A DNA stretch of 64,000 nucleotides from Heterodontus francisci (lineage: Eukaryota): contig NC_090379.1 of NCBI RefSeq assembly GCF_036365525.1, positions 61,315,202 to 61,379,201 on the forward strand. The letters run 5' to 3'. The notes beneath the pieces are model-generated. The model searched no databases. It was not told where the DNA came from and saw only the letters and a list, made by a program, of their open reading frames with translations. A program made the translations under genes and the position numbers. This document shows, one piece after another, positions 12,280-26,058 of the stretch (its first letter is position 1; each line of letters starts with the position of its first letter).

Positions 12280-15200
12280 TTTTTTTTTAGAACAAACAAT
12301 GAAAGATGCATTAGTTTTGTTCTGAAAAATTATTTGGGTCAAAAGACTGATATGAGAGTAGGAGAACAATTGTGAAACTGCAACAACAAAATTAATTGGG
12401 ATCCATGCCTGAATAGAAAGGGATAATGAAGAGTCAAAGATAAGAATGCTGAACTGGGAAAAGGCAAAGTTCAGTGCAATAAGAAGAAATTTGATCAAAA
12501 TTTAACTTTCATAGCTTCTTCTTCTCACCTGTGCTGTTCCTCTTTACTGAGGTTAAAAAAAAGGTTGACAAACAAAACAACCAATCAGCAATGGGAAATC
12601 TTCAAATATGAGATGGATAGAGTGAAAAATAATTGTACCTCCTTTTTGCCTTTTGCAATACATCAAAAAATTGAGTTCTGTGAGTAAATAGAGAGGCTAA
12701 ATTCAAACAACAAAGGGAGATACATAATAACATTAGGACTAACAGGACTAAAGAAAATCATGAGGAATATAGTGTACTGGGAAGTGAAAAGCGAGATTTG
12801 AATGCTTAAAAGGGAATATAAAAAAAGGCTGGCAGATAATAAAAAAGGAAATAGTAAGGACTTCTAAAAGTATATTAATAGCGAAAGAATGGCTAAAGTG
12901 AGTCTATTTGCTCAGGGATTAAGGAGAATGTGGATGATGAAGGCATGATGTAGATATTTAATAGAATTTATACAAAATTTTCATTTATGATAGTGGGAGT
13001 GAAAATATTGATGTACTGGAGGAAAATATGGAATAATTGTTGATGATAACTGGGAAAAAAAGGAATTGCTTCATTGGCTATAAAGTGTTTTGGGACATTT
13101 TGAGACTGTGAAAGGAGCTATATAAATGTAAGTTGTTTTTTTATTAGTTTGGAAGTGATGTAGCTTAGAAGTGTGTTGGGTTGACTTTTGTTCTGGCTAT
13201 ATACTGTTATTCCAAGTTGTGTCACTATCATTTCAACTAATTAATTCATATCCTGGGTATCTATTAATTTGTCTTACTATGAGGGATTGGTATGAAATGC
13301 TGATCCTTTTTAAATAACGTTTTTATTTAAGAATAAGAAAATAAATGCAATTCAAATCACAAGAAATCATGGAACATATGTGACTGCTGATGTAGGATAA
13401 CCACTGAATCTATAAAAACACATACGTCAGAGTCAGAGGAACAGATTATTCAGAAGTGAATACAGGGAGGCAGTGTTTCTGTATTAAATATTTTGGTACA
13501 GGAAGCCAAGGTCAGTCAAGGAGGTTGAGAAACATAGTGGACAAGTGGACAGGATATGATACGTACGTGAGAGTTTTGGACAAGTTGGAGTTTCTGGAGA
13601 ACAGAGAATGGAAGGCTAGCAAAGGTTCAGTTGGATTAGAGTAAGGAGGTGATGAGCATTTTAGTAAATAAAAGTAAAATACTGCTGATGCTGGAAATGC
13701 AATAAAAAAAGCCAACATGTCCAGCCATGGACCTTTGCGGACCTTTGGCTGTCACAGAGTGCAGCTTGGGCACAGAATGTGAAGCTGGGAGTTTGGTGAG
13801 TGAGGGGGTTCGGTAAAGAGGGAAAGGAGGTGCACCTTCTACCTTTATCAGTCTCTAGTAGTTGGTGAGTTTTCTTCCTTTGTCTCCAAGCCAGGAGAGT
13901 GCAACTTAACTTGTAAGCCGATTGGTCAGTAAGTAACCACTGTAAGGGACTGTATGTAAATAACTGCATAATAGAAAAACGTAAAAGTTTTAAATAATCC
14001 CTAACTACCTACAGGAGAACAGGAGATGGAGCTGATTGGTCCACTTTTTCTAAATCACTTCTCAGCTTAGTAAAATTGGCCTTGCCCCAATTGAGAACTC
14101 TAACGCCTGTTCTGTCTGTCCTTTTCCATAATTATGTTAAAACTAATTGAATTATGATCGCTACCACGAAAATGCTCTCCCACTGCCACTCCTTCCTCTT
14201 GTCCAGTTTCATTATCTCAAACTAAATACAGAACCGCGCCCTCTCTTGTTGAACTTGCTACATACTGGCCAAAAAGGTTCTCCTGAATGTGCCGTAAGAA
14301 TTCTGTTCCCTCCATTCCTTTCACACTAAAACTATTCCAGTTAATACTGGGGTAGTTAAAATCCCCTACTATTACTACCTTATTGTTTTTGCACTTCTCA
14401 GATTTGCCTACATATTTGCTCTTCTATCTCCCTCTGATTGTTTGGGGGTCTATAGTACACACCCAGCAGTGTGACTGCCCCTTTTTGTTCCTATGCTCCA
14501 TCCGTATGGCCTTAATTGATGATCCTTCTGACATATCATCCCTCTTCACAGCTGCAATTGTATCTCTAACCAAATTTGCCACCTAACCTCCCTTTTTATC
14601 GCCCTTTCTATCTCATCTGAAAACCCTGTAACCAGGAATGTTGAGCTGCCATTCCTGATCCTCTTGAAGGTAAATCAGTGTCAGAACGGTGGGAGGCATT
14701 CAATGGGGAGATTCAAGGGGTTCAGAGTAAACATATTGCCACAAAGAAAAAGAGTGGAATGACCAAATATAGTGGATGTCAAGGAGCTTACAGGGTAAGA
14801 TAAGGAGAAAATGAAAACATTATGTCAGACCAAGAACTCAATACTACAGAAAGCCGAGAGGTGGTTAAGAAGGCATTTCCTTTATTAGCTGAGGCATAGA
14901 ATATAAGAGTAGGGAGGTTATGCTGGAACTGTATAAAACATTAGTTCGGCCACAACTTGAATACTATATGCAGTTCTGGTTACCTCATTGCAGAAAGGAT
15001 GTAATTGCACTAGAGAGGGTACAAATGAGATTTAGGAGGATGTTGCCAGGACTGGATAATTTAAGCTATGAGGAAAGATTGGTTAGGCTGGGGTTGTTCT
15101 CCTTAGAACAGTGGAGGCTGAGGGGAGATTTGATTGAAATGTACAAAATTGTGAGGGGCCTGGATAGAGTGGATGTGAAGGGCTTAGTTACCTTAGCAGG

Positions 15201-15505
15201 GAGGTCAATGACTAGGGGGCATGGATTTAAAGTAGCAGGACTAGAGGGGAAATGAGGAAAAGTTTTTCACCCAGAGGGTGGTTGGGGTCTAGAACTCACT
15301 GCCTGAAAGGGCGAAAGAGGTAGAAACCCTCAACTCATTTAAAAGATGCCTGGATGTGCACCTGAATGCTGTAACCTGCAGGGCTACGGACCAAATGCTG
15401 GAAAGTAAGATTAGGCTAGGTGGCTCTCTTTTTTTTGGCCAGCGCAGACATGATGGGCCAAGTGGTCTCTTTCTGTGCCGTAAACTTTCTATGATTCTAT
15501 GATCA
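12280..15505. mobile_element. Cluster of decayed CR1 LINE fragments (+ 12280-13020, - 14040-14670, + 14670-15505)
   Basis: CR1 ORF2 C-terminus LYKTLVRPQLEY...LERVQ...RLRGDLIE at 14920-15255; decayed APE pieces elsewhere. Confidence 0.7.
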
Positions 15506-16099
15506 AAGTAGCATACACCAGAAGGCTGACAGATTGCAGTTATAAAAAAATCATTTGGGAACAGTCATTATAGTAGAAAAGAACAGTTATTTTAGTGACC
15601 AAAATAATTATCTGAAGGCATGACAAGCCCACAAAGTGGCCACAAAACATGCTAGATACTGCAAGATGTATTGTATTGTGGGTTCGTTAGTTTGTTGAAT
15701 CTATACACAAAAAGCGGAAGACCTTCATTTGTACATTTGATATTAGGAGTTGTGCATCCACAAAATAACAAAAAAAACTCCACAAAAACCCATTAAATCC
15801 AACATGCTTGTTCCTTTTTTGTAGATCAGTCCCACCTATCTGTTGTCTTCACCACAGCCCTCAATCCTTTCCCTCTCCAGTTGCATCTAATTTTCTCAAA
15901 CAGATTTATACTGTCTGCTTCAAAAACCTTCCCAGTAACTTATTTCACAATGCTCTTCGCCATTGGGTGAAAAAGTTACACCTGAATTTTTTTACTCCTG
16001 ACTTCTTCATTTTAACTTATTTGATGAGATTGTTGAAAAAGTTATAACGTTTTTAAAGATCGTTAGAAAAAAGGTCTGAAAAACAAAAAAGCAATAAAA

Positions 16100-16450
16100 A
16101 TAATTTATATGGTCCCTTACCACGTCCTTGGGAAGTTCCATAAAATTCTTCGCCGGCAATGAATTACTTTGGAAATGTAGTTACTGTTGTTATACAGGCA
16201 AACATGGCAGCCAATTCATGCACAGCAAGGTCTTGCGTGCAACAAATAATACATAGCTGCTAAGCTGTTCTTGGTGGTGTCACTAGAAGCACGAATGTAA
16301 GCTAAGGTACTGAAAAAACATTTGCTCTTCAAATAGTGCAATTGAACATTCATCTGAGCTGGCAGACTGGGTCTTAGTTTAATGTCTCATCTGAAAGACT
16401 GCACTGCTGATAATGTAACATTTCTCTAGTGCTGCACATAGTGTTAGTTG
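16100..16450 (-). mobile_element. Deu-domain SINE, degenerate
   Basis: Collinear with 61605-62065. Confidence 0.6.
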
Positions 16451-16701
16451 TTGATGTTGTTAAATCCATCGCAGGAATTAGCAAGCCAACACTGCAATAT
16501 AGTGACATGAGGATAATAGATCATATTTCAGGGTCAAACTGAACAAGACCATCTTGTTACAAAATTATCATGTTATATTCATGAATAATGATCAGAGTAA
16601 ATTATAGATTTATATAACCATTATCTACATTTTGAATTTAAAGTAAATGTTAGAATTGAAGACTGTTGTGACACATGTTTGTTATTGACTTGTAAATTCA
16701 G

Positions 16702-16783
16702 TTACCTGATCTGAAAGATGTGGAAGCAGTACAGAAGTTTTTTCTCGAAGAGGTCCAGTTGGGAGAAGAATTACTGGCAAGAG
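16702..16783 (+). CDS. TOMM20L: TOM20 family exon 3
   Basis: ttcag| LPDLKDVEAVQKFFLEEVQLGEELLAR(G) |gtaaat; nearly identical to the vertebrate TOMM20 motif. Confidence 0.95.
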
Positions 16784-17341
16784 GTAAATATTGGATGTTA
16801 TTGCTCATCACATATTTCTTTCACAACCAGGCCATATTTTGTACTGACACCAAAGTTGTACAGTAACTGTACCCTAAGTTGTGCTATGTGCCTTCATTTC
16901 AGTAAGTAACTTTCCTCCCTCCACCTTCATTAGCAAAATCTATTTTAAAAGTGTTAACATTTTGATGCAGCATCAGCTATGTCTATAAATGGTGCTGTGA
17001 TGATTAAGTGTTCTGTTTTTCAACTAATGTTATGTGACACCCTAATTGTTGTAAAAAACAGGGCTCAGTAAAAATCAGGACCAGGATGAATTGTGGCCTC
17101 CACCTCTCCTATTTGTATTCCCTGTGCTGCTGCTAGATTTTCCTTTCTTCTCCATTTCACCACTGGCATTTGGCCACACAACCATTCTGGTCATTAAAAA
17201 CAAAAAATCTGCTCCTTTAGTTGAATACTGGACTCTCCTGTCTGTGTTTTCTTTCCCCATTTTCTGCTGCAACTTCCCACTCCTGATAGCTCTAGGTTGA
17301 ACCCCTCCAAAAATCCACTGTTCAGATGTATTCCTTGACCC

Positions 17342-20300
17342 TTAGGAGTATTGACAGGCGGAGAGATCTGGACGTACAGGTCCACAGGTCACTGAAAGTG
17401 GCAATGCAGGTGGATAAAGTAGTCAAGAAGGCATACGGCATGCTTGCCTTCATCGGTCAGGGCACAGAGTATAAAAATTGGCAAGTCATGCTGCAGATGT
17501 ACAGAACTTTAGTTAGGCCACACTGAGAATATTGCGTGCAATTCTGGTCGCCACACTACCAGAAGGATGTGGAGGCTTTGGAGAGGGTACAGAAGAGGTT
17601 TACCAGGATGTTTCCTGGTCTGGAGGGCATTAGCTATGAGGAGAGGTTGGATAAACTGGAATTGTTTTCACTGGAACGACGGAGGTGGAGGGGCGACATG
17701 ATAGAGGTTTACAAAGTTATGAGTGGCATGGACAGAGTGGATAGTCAGAAGCCTTTTCCCAGGGTGGAAGAGTCAGTTACTAGGGGACATAGGTTTAAGG
17801 TGTGAGGGGGAAAGTTTAGAGGGGATGTGCGAGGCAAATTCTTTACACAGAGGGTGGTGAGTGCCTGGAACTTGCTGCCGGGGGAGGTGGTGGAAGCAGG
17901 TACGATAGCGAGGCATCTTGACAAATACATGAATAGGATGGGAATAGAGGGATACGGTCCCTGGAAGTTTTTAAAAACTTCCATTCATGCGATGTCGGCA
18001 ACGCTGGCCAGGCCAGCATTTATTGCCCATCCCTAATTGCCCTTGAGAAGGTGGTGGTGAGCTGCCTTCTTGAACCGCTCTAGTCCATTTGGGGTAGGTA
18101 TACCCACAGTGCTGTTAGGAAGGGAGTTCCAGGATTTTGACCCAGCGACAGTGAAGGAACGGTGATATAGTTCCAAGTCAGGATGGTGTATGACTTGGAG
18201 GGGAACTTGCAGGTGGTGGTGTTCCCATGTATTTGCTGCCCTTGTCCTTCTAGTTAGTAGAGGTCGCGGGTTTGGAAGGTGCTGTCTAAGGAGCCTTGGT
18301 GCATTGCTGCAGTGCATCTTGTAGATGGTACACACTGCTGCCACTGTGTGTCGGTGGTGGAGGGAGTGAATGTTTGTAGATGGGGTGCCAATCAAGCGGG
18401 CTGCTTTGTCCTGGTTGGTGTCGAGCTTCTTGAGTGTTGGAGCTGCACCCATCCAGGCAAGTGGAGAGTATTCCATCACACTCCTGACTTGTGCCTTGTA
18501 GATGGTGGACAGGCTTTGGGGAGTCAGGAGGGGAGTTACTCGCTGCAGGATTCCTAGCCTCTGACCTGCTCTTGTAGCCATAGTATTTATATGGCTACTC
18601 CAGTTCAGTTTCTGGTCAATGGTAACCCCTAGGATGTTGATAGTGGAGGATTCAGCGATGGTAATGCTGTTGAATGTCAAGGGGAGATGGTTAGATTCTC
18701 TCTTGTTGGAGATGTTCATTGCCTGGCACTTGTGTGTCGCGAATGTTACTTGCCACTTCTAAGCCCAAGCCTGGATATTGTCTACGTCTTGCTGCATTTC
18801 TACATGGACTGCTTCAGCATCTGAGGAGTCACGAATGGTGCTGAACATTGTGCAATCATCAGCGAACATCCCCCCCTTCTGACCTTATGATTGAAGGAAG
18901 GTCATTGAGGAAGCAGCTGAAGATGGTCGGGCCTAGGACACTACCCTGAGGAACTCCTGCAGTGATGTCCTGGAGCTCAGATGATTGACCTCCAACAACC
19001 ACAACCATCTTCCTTTGCGCTAGGTATGACTCCAGCCAGCGGAGGGTTTTCTCCCTGATTCCCATTGACCTCAGTTTTGCTAGGGCTTCTTGATGCCATA
19101 CTCCGTCAAATGCTGCCTTGATGTCAAGGGCAGTCACTCTCACCTCACCTCTTCAGTTCAGTCCTTTTGTTCATGTTTGAACCAAGGCTGTAATGAGGTC
19201 AGGAGCTGAGTGGCCCTGGCAGAACCCAAACTGAGCGTCACTGAGTAGGTTATTGCTAAGCAAGGGCTGCTTGATGGCACTGTTGATGACACCTTCCATC
19301 ACTTTACTGATGATTGAGAGTAGGCTGATGGGGCGGTAATTGGCCGGGTTGGATTTGTCCTGCTTTTTGTGTACAGGACGTACCTGGGCAATTTTCCACA
19401 TTGCAGGGTAGATGCCAGTGTTGTAGCTGTACTGGAACAGGTTGGCTAGGGGCGCGGCAAGTTCTGGAGCACAGGTCTTCAGTACATTGCCGGAATATTG
19501 TCGGGGCCCATAGCTTTTGCAGTGTCCAGTGCCTTCAGTCATTTCTTGATATCACGCAGAGTGAATCGAATTGGCTGAAGTCTGGCATCTGTGATGCTGG
19601 GGACTTCAGGAGGAGGCTGAGATGGATCATCAACTCGGCACTTCCGGCTGAAGATTGTTTGATTTGATTTTTGATTTATGATTTAGAGATTGTTGCAAAT
19701 GCTTCAGCGTTATCTTTCGCACTGATGTGCTGGGCTCCCCCATCATTGAGGATGGGGATATTTGTGGAGCCACCTCCTCCAGTTAGTTGTTTAATTGTCC
19801 ACCACCATTCACGGCTGGATGTGGCAGGACTGCAGCGCTTGGATCTGATCCGTTGGTTATGGGATCGCTTAGCTCCATCTATCGCATGCTGCTTGCGCAG
19901 TTTGGCACGCAGATAGTCCTGTGTTGTAGCTTCACCAGGTTGACACCTCATTTTGAGGTATGCCTGGTGCTGCTCCTGGCTTGCCCTCCTGCAATCTTCA
20001 TTGAACCAGGGTTGGTCTCCTGGTTTGATGGTAATGGTAGAGTGGGGGATATGCCGGGCCATGAGGTTACAGATTGTGGTTGAGTACAATTCTGCTGCTG
20101 CTGCTGATGGCCCACAGCGCCTCATGGATGCCCAGTTTTGCATTGCTAGATCTGTTCGAAATCTATCCCATTTAGCACGGTGATAGTGCCACACAACACG
20201 ATGGACGGTATCCTCAATGTGAAGGCGGGACTTGGTCTCCACAAGGACTGTCCAGTGGTCACTCCTACCAATACAGTCATGGACAGAAGCATCTACAGCA

Positions 20301-20845
20301 GGCAGATTGGTGAGGACGAGGTCAAGTATGTTTTTCACTCGTGTTGGTTCCCCCACCACCTGCCGCAGACCCAGTCTAGCAGCTATGTCCTTTAGGACTC
20401 GGCCAGCTCGGTCAGTAGTGGTGCTACCGAGCCACTCTCGGTGATGGACATTGAAGTCCCCCACCTAGAGTACATTTTGTGCCCTTGCCACCCTCAGTGC
20501 TTCTTCCAAGTGCTGTTCAACATGGTGGAGTACTGAGTCATCAGCTGAGGGAGGGCGGTAGGTGGTAATCAGTAGGAGGTTACCTTGCCCATGTTTGACC
20601 TGATGCCATGAGACTTCATGGGGTCCGGAGTCGATGTTCAGGACTCCCAGGGCAACTCCCTCCCTACTGTATACCACTGTGCCACCACCTCTGCTGGGTC
20701 AGTCCTGCCAGTGGGACAGGACATACCCAGGGATAGTGATTACAGTGTCTGGGACATTGTCTGCAGAATGTTTTAGTTTAGACAGGCATCAAGATTGGCG
20801 CAGGCTTGGAGGGCTGAATGGCCTGTTCCTGTGCTGTACTGTTCT
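17342..20845 (+). mobile_element. 5'-truncated CR1 LINE split by a nested LINE (17342-17966 and 20762-20845)
   Basis: Collinear with 53790-54450 and resumes exactly at ggaag|tgcaga; candidate TSD TTGACCC at 17335-17341 and 20846-20852. Confidence 0.85.
17967..20761 (-). mobile_element. CR1/L2-group LINE (APE-RT), nearly complete, frameshifted
   Basis: Minus ORFs give YRPP, GDFN, LDL, SDH (APE), then NYRPISLLS, FGF, DIKAAFD, GVPQGSVLGP, FADD (RT); 3' end aagggcaattagggatgggcaataaatgctggcc. Confidence 0.9.
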
Positions 20846-22889
20846 TTGACCCATGCACTGCTCTCCATCAACTGTTTAGCTCTTGCCCATTTCTGCACCA
20901 CAGTTTGGCTGTAACCACATAGCCTTGAACTTGATGAGTGTCTTTCTCAGTATCTGTGACCTCTGATCAGTTGGCCCAATGTTTAGGACTTTCACTCTGC
21001 GTTTACGTCACTTGATGTATTGTGAAATTTATTACAGTGAGTAGTAGGTAATGGCAGAATGCCATTGAAGAAATAAATCTCAGCTGTTTTGATTTCACAT
21101 GACTGAATAAAAAGGTGCAAGCAGGTACTGTGCAACAAAATTACTTCTGAATTGTGGAAGATCCACATGCAGCAGTGTGTTCCCTTCACTATTCTGTATT
21201 ATTGCAGTCAAACGACTGACCGAAGCAACCTATTGGGATTCTAGCATTTGGCAGCCAACTTTCAAGGCGATATATATGCATAGTAACTTTTGTTAGGACA
21301 TGGCAATCCTTACTTTTTTTATATCAAATATCATACCGACCAAGTATGTAACACAACTTGTATCTATTTCATGATTGATTTTGATTTAGGTACTTCACTT
21401 GCCTTATCACTGCACTACTAGTCTGTAACTATTCTGTAACCAGTCAGTGGCAGTTGAGCAGGGTTAACAGCTGGGAAGATAGTTTATAAACTACATTCCT
21501 GCTACCAAGGGACAACTCCACACATACATGCTTTCACACCTTCAGAATGTGATGACTTGTCAATACATTTTCAGTGTTTGAGCGCTGGTGAGTCTCCACA
21601 CTCTCAAAGTGTCAACAACTTTGCAGACGGTCCAATGTATCCTTGAATGCCCAACTTCACCCCACACCGGGATGAACCTCATGTTGCATCAAGTCCTAGT
21701 AGTGTGGTGAAGCAAAAATTCCCTTTTTAAAAATGTTGAAAATGAAACCATTCCACCATTGATAAAGTGCAGCATCTGTGTTTATCTTCCTCAATTTGTT
21801 CAGAAAATTTGTACATATCTAAAATATTTATAGTGGACACTTCCTATAAAATGTCACGTAATTGCTATCGCACTTTAGCTGTCATACTTTACCACATCCT
21901 CTGAAACATAAGCAAATCTACGAGAGGTACGCTAGTGTGTGTATATGTTTCAAATTGCAAGTAAAAATATTGCTTAGTCCAAGTGGCAGTAACAAGGTTT
22001 GCATGCTTTATGTAATGTAGATGACATGAATTACATGACATGAATTTTAGTTTTATTTGTTTCTTTTGGTTTACTGGGAAAATCTTATTTTCTGAATGTG
22101 ATTGTTTTTAATCTGATATTCCAGCTGGCAGTGCTGGTCTGGACTCAATTAAACTATCTGTAGTTGATTAAGGCAACCATGTTAGTCGTACCCAGCTGAC
22201 TCCAGTACCTGATTGAAAGACATGTACTTGTGTGCTGAAGAGAACTGCTGAACACAATGCAGTGCCCATATGGAATGCCCAGCAGCTGGTTTTGAAATTG
22301 AGAATGGAAATGCTTTCTCCCCCTATGCAGTCAACCAGTAACACAACTCGATGTCCAACAAAATGCCAACCTTCTGGCTGAGTGAGGTCATGCTGTGATA
22401 AGTGTTTAATTAGGGTTTCCCTGAAGATCTGCCCCAAATTCTTTGGCTCCGCTCCTGGCTAATGCTAATGAGCAATTCTGGAATGGGTAATCTAGTCTTA
22501 AATGTATATCTTGAGTTACATAGAAACATAGAAAATAGGAGCAGGAGTTGGCCATTCGGCCCTGCTCCGCCATTCAAAAAAGATAATGGCTGATCGTCTA
22601 ATTCAGTACCCTGTGCCCGCTTTCTCCCCCTATCCCTTGATCCCTTTGGCATTAAGAAATATATTTATCTCCTTCTTGAATATATTTAATGACTTGGAGT
22701 TCAGAATAATTGCAGCCAATCTGTTTTGCACTTGAAAGACAACTTATAGAGTGGGAGGAAAAGGTAGTGGGAGTCATGTCTTCAACTACCCTTTAGTTTC
22801 TCTGCTTATCAACATTTGAGTTTCTGTATAAATTAAGTCCATTGCAAACATAAAACTAATCTGAGGCTTGATGGTAAATACAGCAATTA

Positions 22890-23643
22890 TATAAATGGTG
22901 AGAGATTGCGGAGCTCAGAGATGCAGAGGGATCTGGGTGTCCTAGTGCATGAATCACAAAAGGTTAGCATGCAGGTACAGCAAGTAATTAAGAAAGCTAA
23001 TAGAATGTTATCATTTATTGTGAAGGGAGTTGAGTACAAAATTAGGGAGGTTATGCTTCAACTATAGAGGGCATTGGTGAGACCACATCTGGAGAACTGT
23101 GGTTTGAGAATTGGTCTCCTTATTTACAGAAGGATGTAAATGCTTTGGAAGCAGTTCAGAGAAGGTTTACTAGACTAATACCTGGAATGGGCGGGTTGTC
23201 CTATGAGGAAAGGTTAGACAGACTCGGCTTGTATCCGCTGGAGTTTAGAAGAGTAAGAGGCGACTTGATTAAAACATAAGATCCTGAGGGGTCTTGATAA
23301 GGTGGATGTAGAAAGGATGTTTCCTCTTGTGGGAGAATCTAGAACTAGGGGTCATTTTTAAAAGATAAGGGGTCGCCATTTAAGACAGAGATGAGGAAAA
23401 AAAATTTCTCTGAGGATCGTGAGTCTTTGGAACTCTCTTCCTCAAACGATGGTGGAAGCAGAGTCTTTGAATATTATTAAGGCAGAGGTAGATAAATTCT
23501 TGATAAGCAAGGGGGTGATCGAGGGTAGGCAGGAATGTGGAGTTGAGTTGTGGTTACAATCAGATCAGCCATGATCTTATTGAATGGCGGAGCAGGTTCA
23601 AGGGGCCGAGTAACCTACTCCTGTTCCTAATTCGTATGCTCGT
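22890..23643 (+). mobile_element. CR1 LINE 3' fragment
   Basis: ORF2 C-terminal homology and tail gaatggcggagcagg...cctactcctgttcctaattcgtatg; same family as 34870-35570. Confidence 0.8.
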
Positions 23644-23658
23644 ATGTACAGTACCTGG

Positions 23659-23992
23659 TAAAGGCCTGCTACCTGACCCGAAGGGACCCGACGACATGCG
23701 TCAGGTTTGGTTCGGGTCGGGTCGCACTTCCGGGTCCAGCATTCAGACTCTGGTCGGACACGCTCTATCGCAGGTAAGTGACTCAACTGTTAATTTAATC
23801 TTTGGACTAGAAAGGTGGTTTTGTTATAGTTATTATAAGCTTGTGCAGATCAGCAAGAAAGTGAAAAATGGAAGGTAAGTTAACTGATGGTCGGGTTGGG
23901 CGCGGGGAAAAATGGAAGGACTCTGGCCGGGTCGGATGTGGTTCTGTCAGGCTTGGGTTGGGTTTTTTTTTGCAGACCCGAGCAGGCCTTTA
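23659..23992. mobile_element. hAT-type MITE
   Basis: Perfect 12-bp TIR TAAAGGCCTGCT/AGCAGGCCTTTA; 8-bp TSD gtacctgg (23651-58) and gtgcctgg (23993-24000); subterminal ACCCG/CGGGT repeats. Confidence 0.85.
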
Positions 23993-24594
23993 GTGCCTGG
24001 TGTATTGAACCATGTAAAAAGAGAAACTACAAGGTTTCATCACTCATTTTTGCATACATATTGAATTTAAGCCCAGGAGCAGTTAGAGACTGAGAATTCT
24101 TGCTCCTGTAATCCCTGCTGGAACTGTTGAGATTGGATCCGGCAAGATCTGATTCAGCTATGAAGGCTCACATGGTTGAATACATCCAATACCTGAGGTG
24201 AGGCTTGCACTTGAGGGGTGAGTTACTGGAGGATATGAGTCAGTGTCTTCAGAATTAGAATGTGAAAGGCAAATAAAAATGTAGTTTTGTGCTAATTCAA
24301 ATGAATTAATGAAATACGTTCTGATAAAAAATATTCTCATGATGTGAGCAATGTTGGCAAGGCCACATTTATGGCCCATCTCTAGTTGCCCTGAGGTAGT
24401 GGTGATGTAACGAAACCACTGCAGTCCTTGTGCTGATGATGAAGTTTTATAGTGATTATTTTCTTCCACTTTAGAGGAAATTAAGAGTAAACTAATGTGT
24501 GGGACTGCATTCACATATAGGCCAGACCAGGGAGAGATGCGAAGTATTGAACCAGTTGAAATCCAGCAGCTTTCGAGGTTATTTTTCTGGGACC

Positions 24595-24900
24595 AGCCCG
24601 GAACGAGAGGCCATAGTTTTAGGATAAGGGGTAGCAGATTTAAAACAGAGATGAGGAGAAATTACTTCTCTCAAAGGGTCGTGAGTCTGTGGAATTCACT
24701 ATCCCAGAGTGTGGTGGATGCCATGACATTGAGTAAATTTAAGGAGAAGATAGACAGATTTTTAATTAGTAATGAGTTGAAGGGTTATGGAGAACAGGCA
24801 GGAAAGTGGTGTTGAGGCCGCGATGAGATCAGCCATGATCGTATTGAATGGCGGAGCAGGCTCGAGGGGCTGAATTACCTACTCCTGCTCCTAGTTCATA
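24595..24900 (+). mobile_element. Short CR1 3' end inserted in a decayed minus-strand tRNA-SINE (~24330-24995)
   Basis: TRGH...FSQRVVSLWNSL and CR1 tail; flanks match the tail and head of the SINE family at 30640. Confidence 0.7.
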
Positions 24901-25010
24901 TAAAATACCAGAATTATTGAATTCAGTTTGACAATTTACCATAGTGGTATTTGAACTCTCAACTACTGTTACTAGGCCATAACTTTAACCATTACTTTTC
25001 TGATTTTCAG

Positions 25011-25153
25011 GTGACTATGAGAAAGGAGTTGATCATTTGAGTAATGCTGTGTCAGTGTGTGGTCAGCCTCAGCAACTATTGCAGGTTCTCCAGCAAACAC
25101 TACCACACCCAGTGTTTCAAATGCTTATCCAAAGATTGCCTGCTGTTAGACAG
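25011..25153 (+). CDS. TOMM20L: TOM20 family exon 4
   Basis: tttcag| (G)DYEKGVDHLSNAVSVCGQPQQLLQVLQQTLPHPVFQMLIQRLPAVRQ |gtatga. Confidence 0.95.
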
Positions 25154-26058
25154 GTATGACAATATTCATTTCTGTATGCATTAGTAAACTTGTTCACTTT
25201 TTTCCTTCAGTATTTGGTATGCACTGATCATTGTCTGAAAATAAAGAAAATGTTTAAAGATAGAAAAATCTTTCATGGTAAACAACCTACAGATTGGCCA
25301 AGTTACCCCAATAATTCTATTTTCTTCAGATTTCCAAATCTAATTACCCTGGCATTGGCCAATAAGGAACATTAAAGATTTTCAAAGGAATAAGATCACT
25401 TATCAAGTCTATATTTTAAATTTGGCAATTTGTTTATTTATTTATTTCTTTGAAAAATGTTTGCAACACTTAAAGATTATACCAAATCTATTTGAAAATA
25501 CAATGGATTAGGAATTAGTCATTCTTAACTAGTATTTTTCTATAACCCTTCCTGAAGATACTCACAAAAGTAAATGTGAATTACAGTAGAAAATATGGGT
25601 AGCTAGCATGAACAAACGAGATTGGCTGTATACAAGATCACCTCTCTTCAGACGAAAGATTTCTCCATGACTAATAGCTATGTAACATTTTGATTAGTCA
25701 GTGTGCTTGTAATGAGGCAACTGATAACGTTTTAATCCACCTATTTCCTCAAGTGGAAGGTACTTAGAAATTTGGCAAAATATCATGACAAGAGGCAACA
25801 TACTTCATGGGCAAATTGTGGGAAGATTGAAGTAAATATTATTGTGCTGTTGGTGCACTTGGTTGAATGAAAGGATTGTGTTTTAAAAGCAAATGTATTA
25901 CTGAACCAAAGAGCTTATAACTTTCCAAATCTATAACAGGATATCTTAAACATTTTATCGGAAGTATTAAAGTGAAATGAATACATGTACCAGTCTTGAT
26001 AATTTTATTGTTTCTAATGGTGAATTTCTTTTCCCTGCCACCTTCCCCCACCAATCAG

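Noticed and set aside
20950-21800. Non-repetitive-looking intronic stretch, possibly an old transposase remnant or conserved element
   Set aside because: No motif, TIR or ORF I can identify; it needs a database search.
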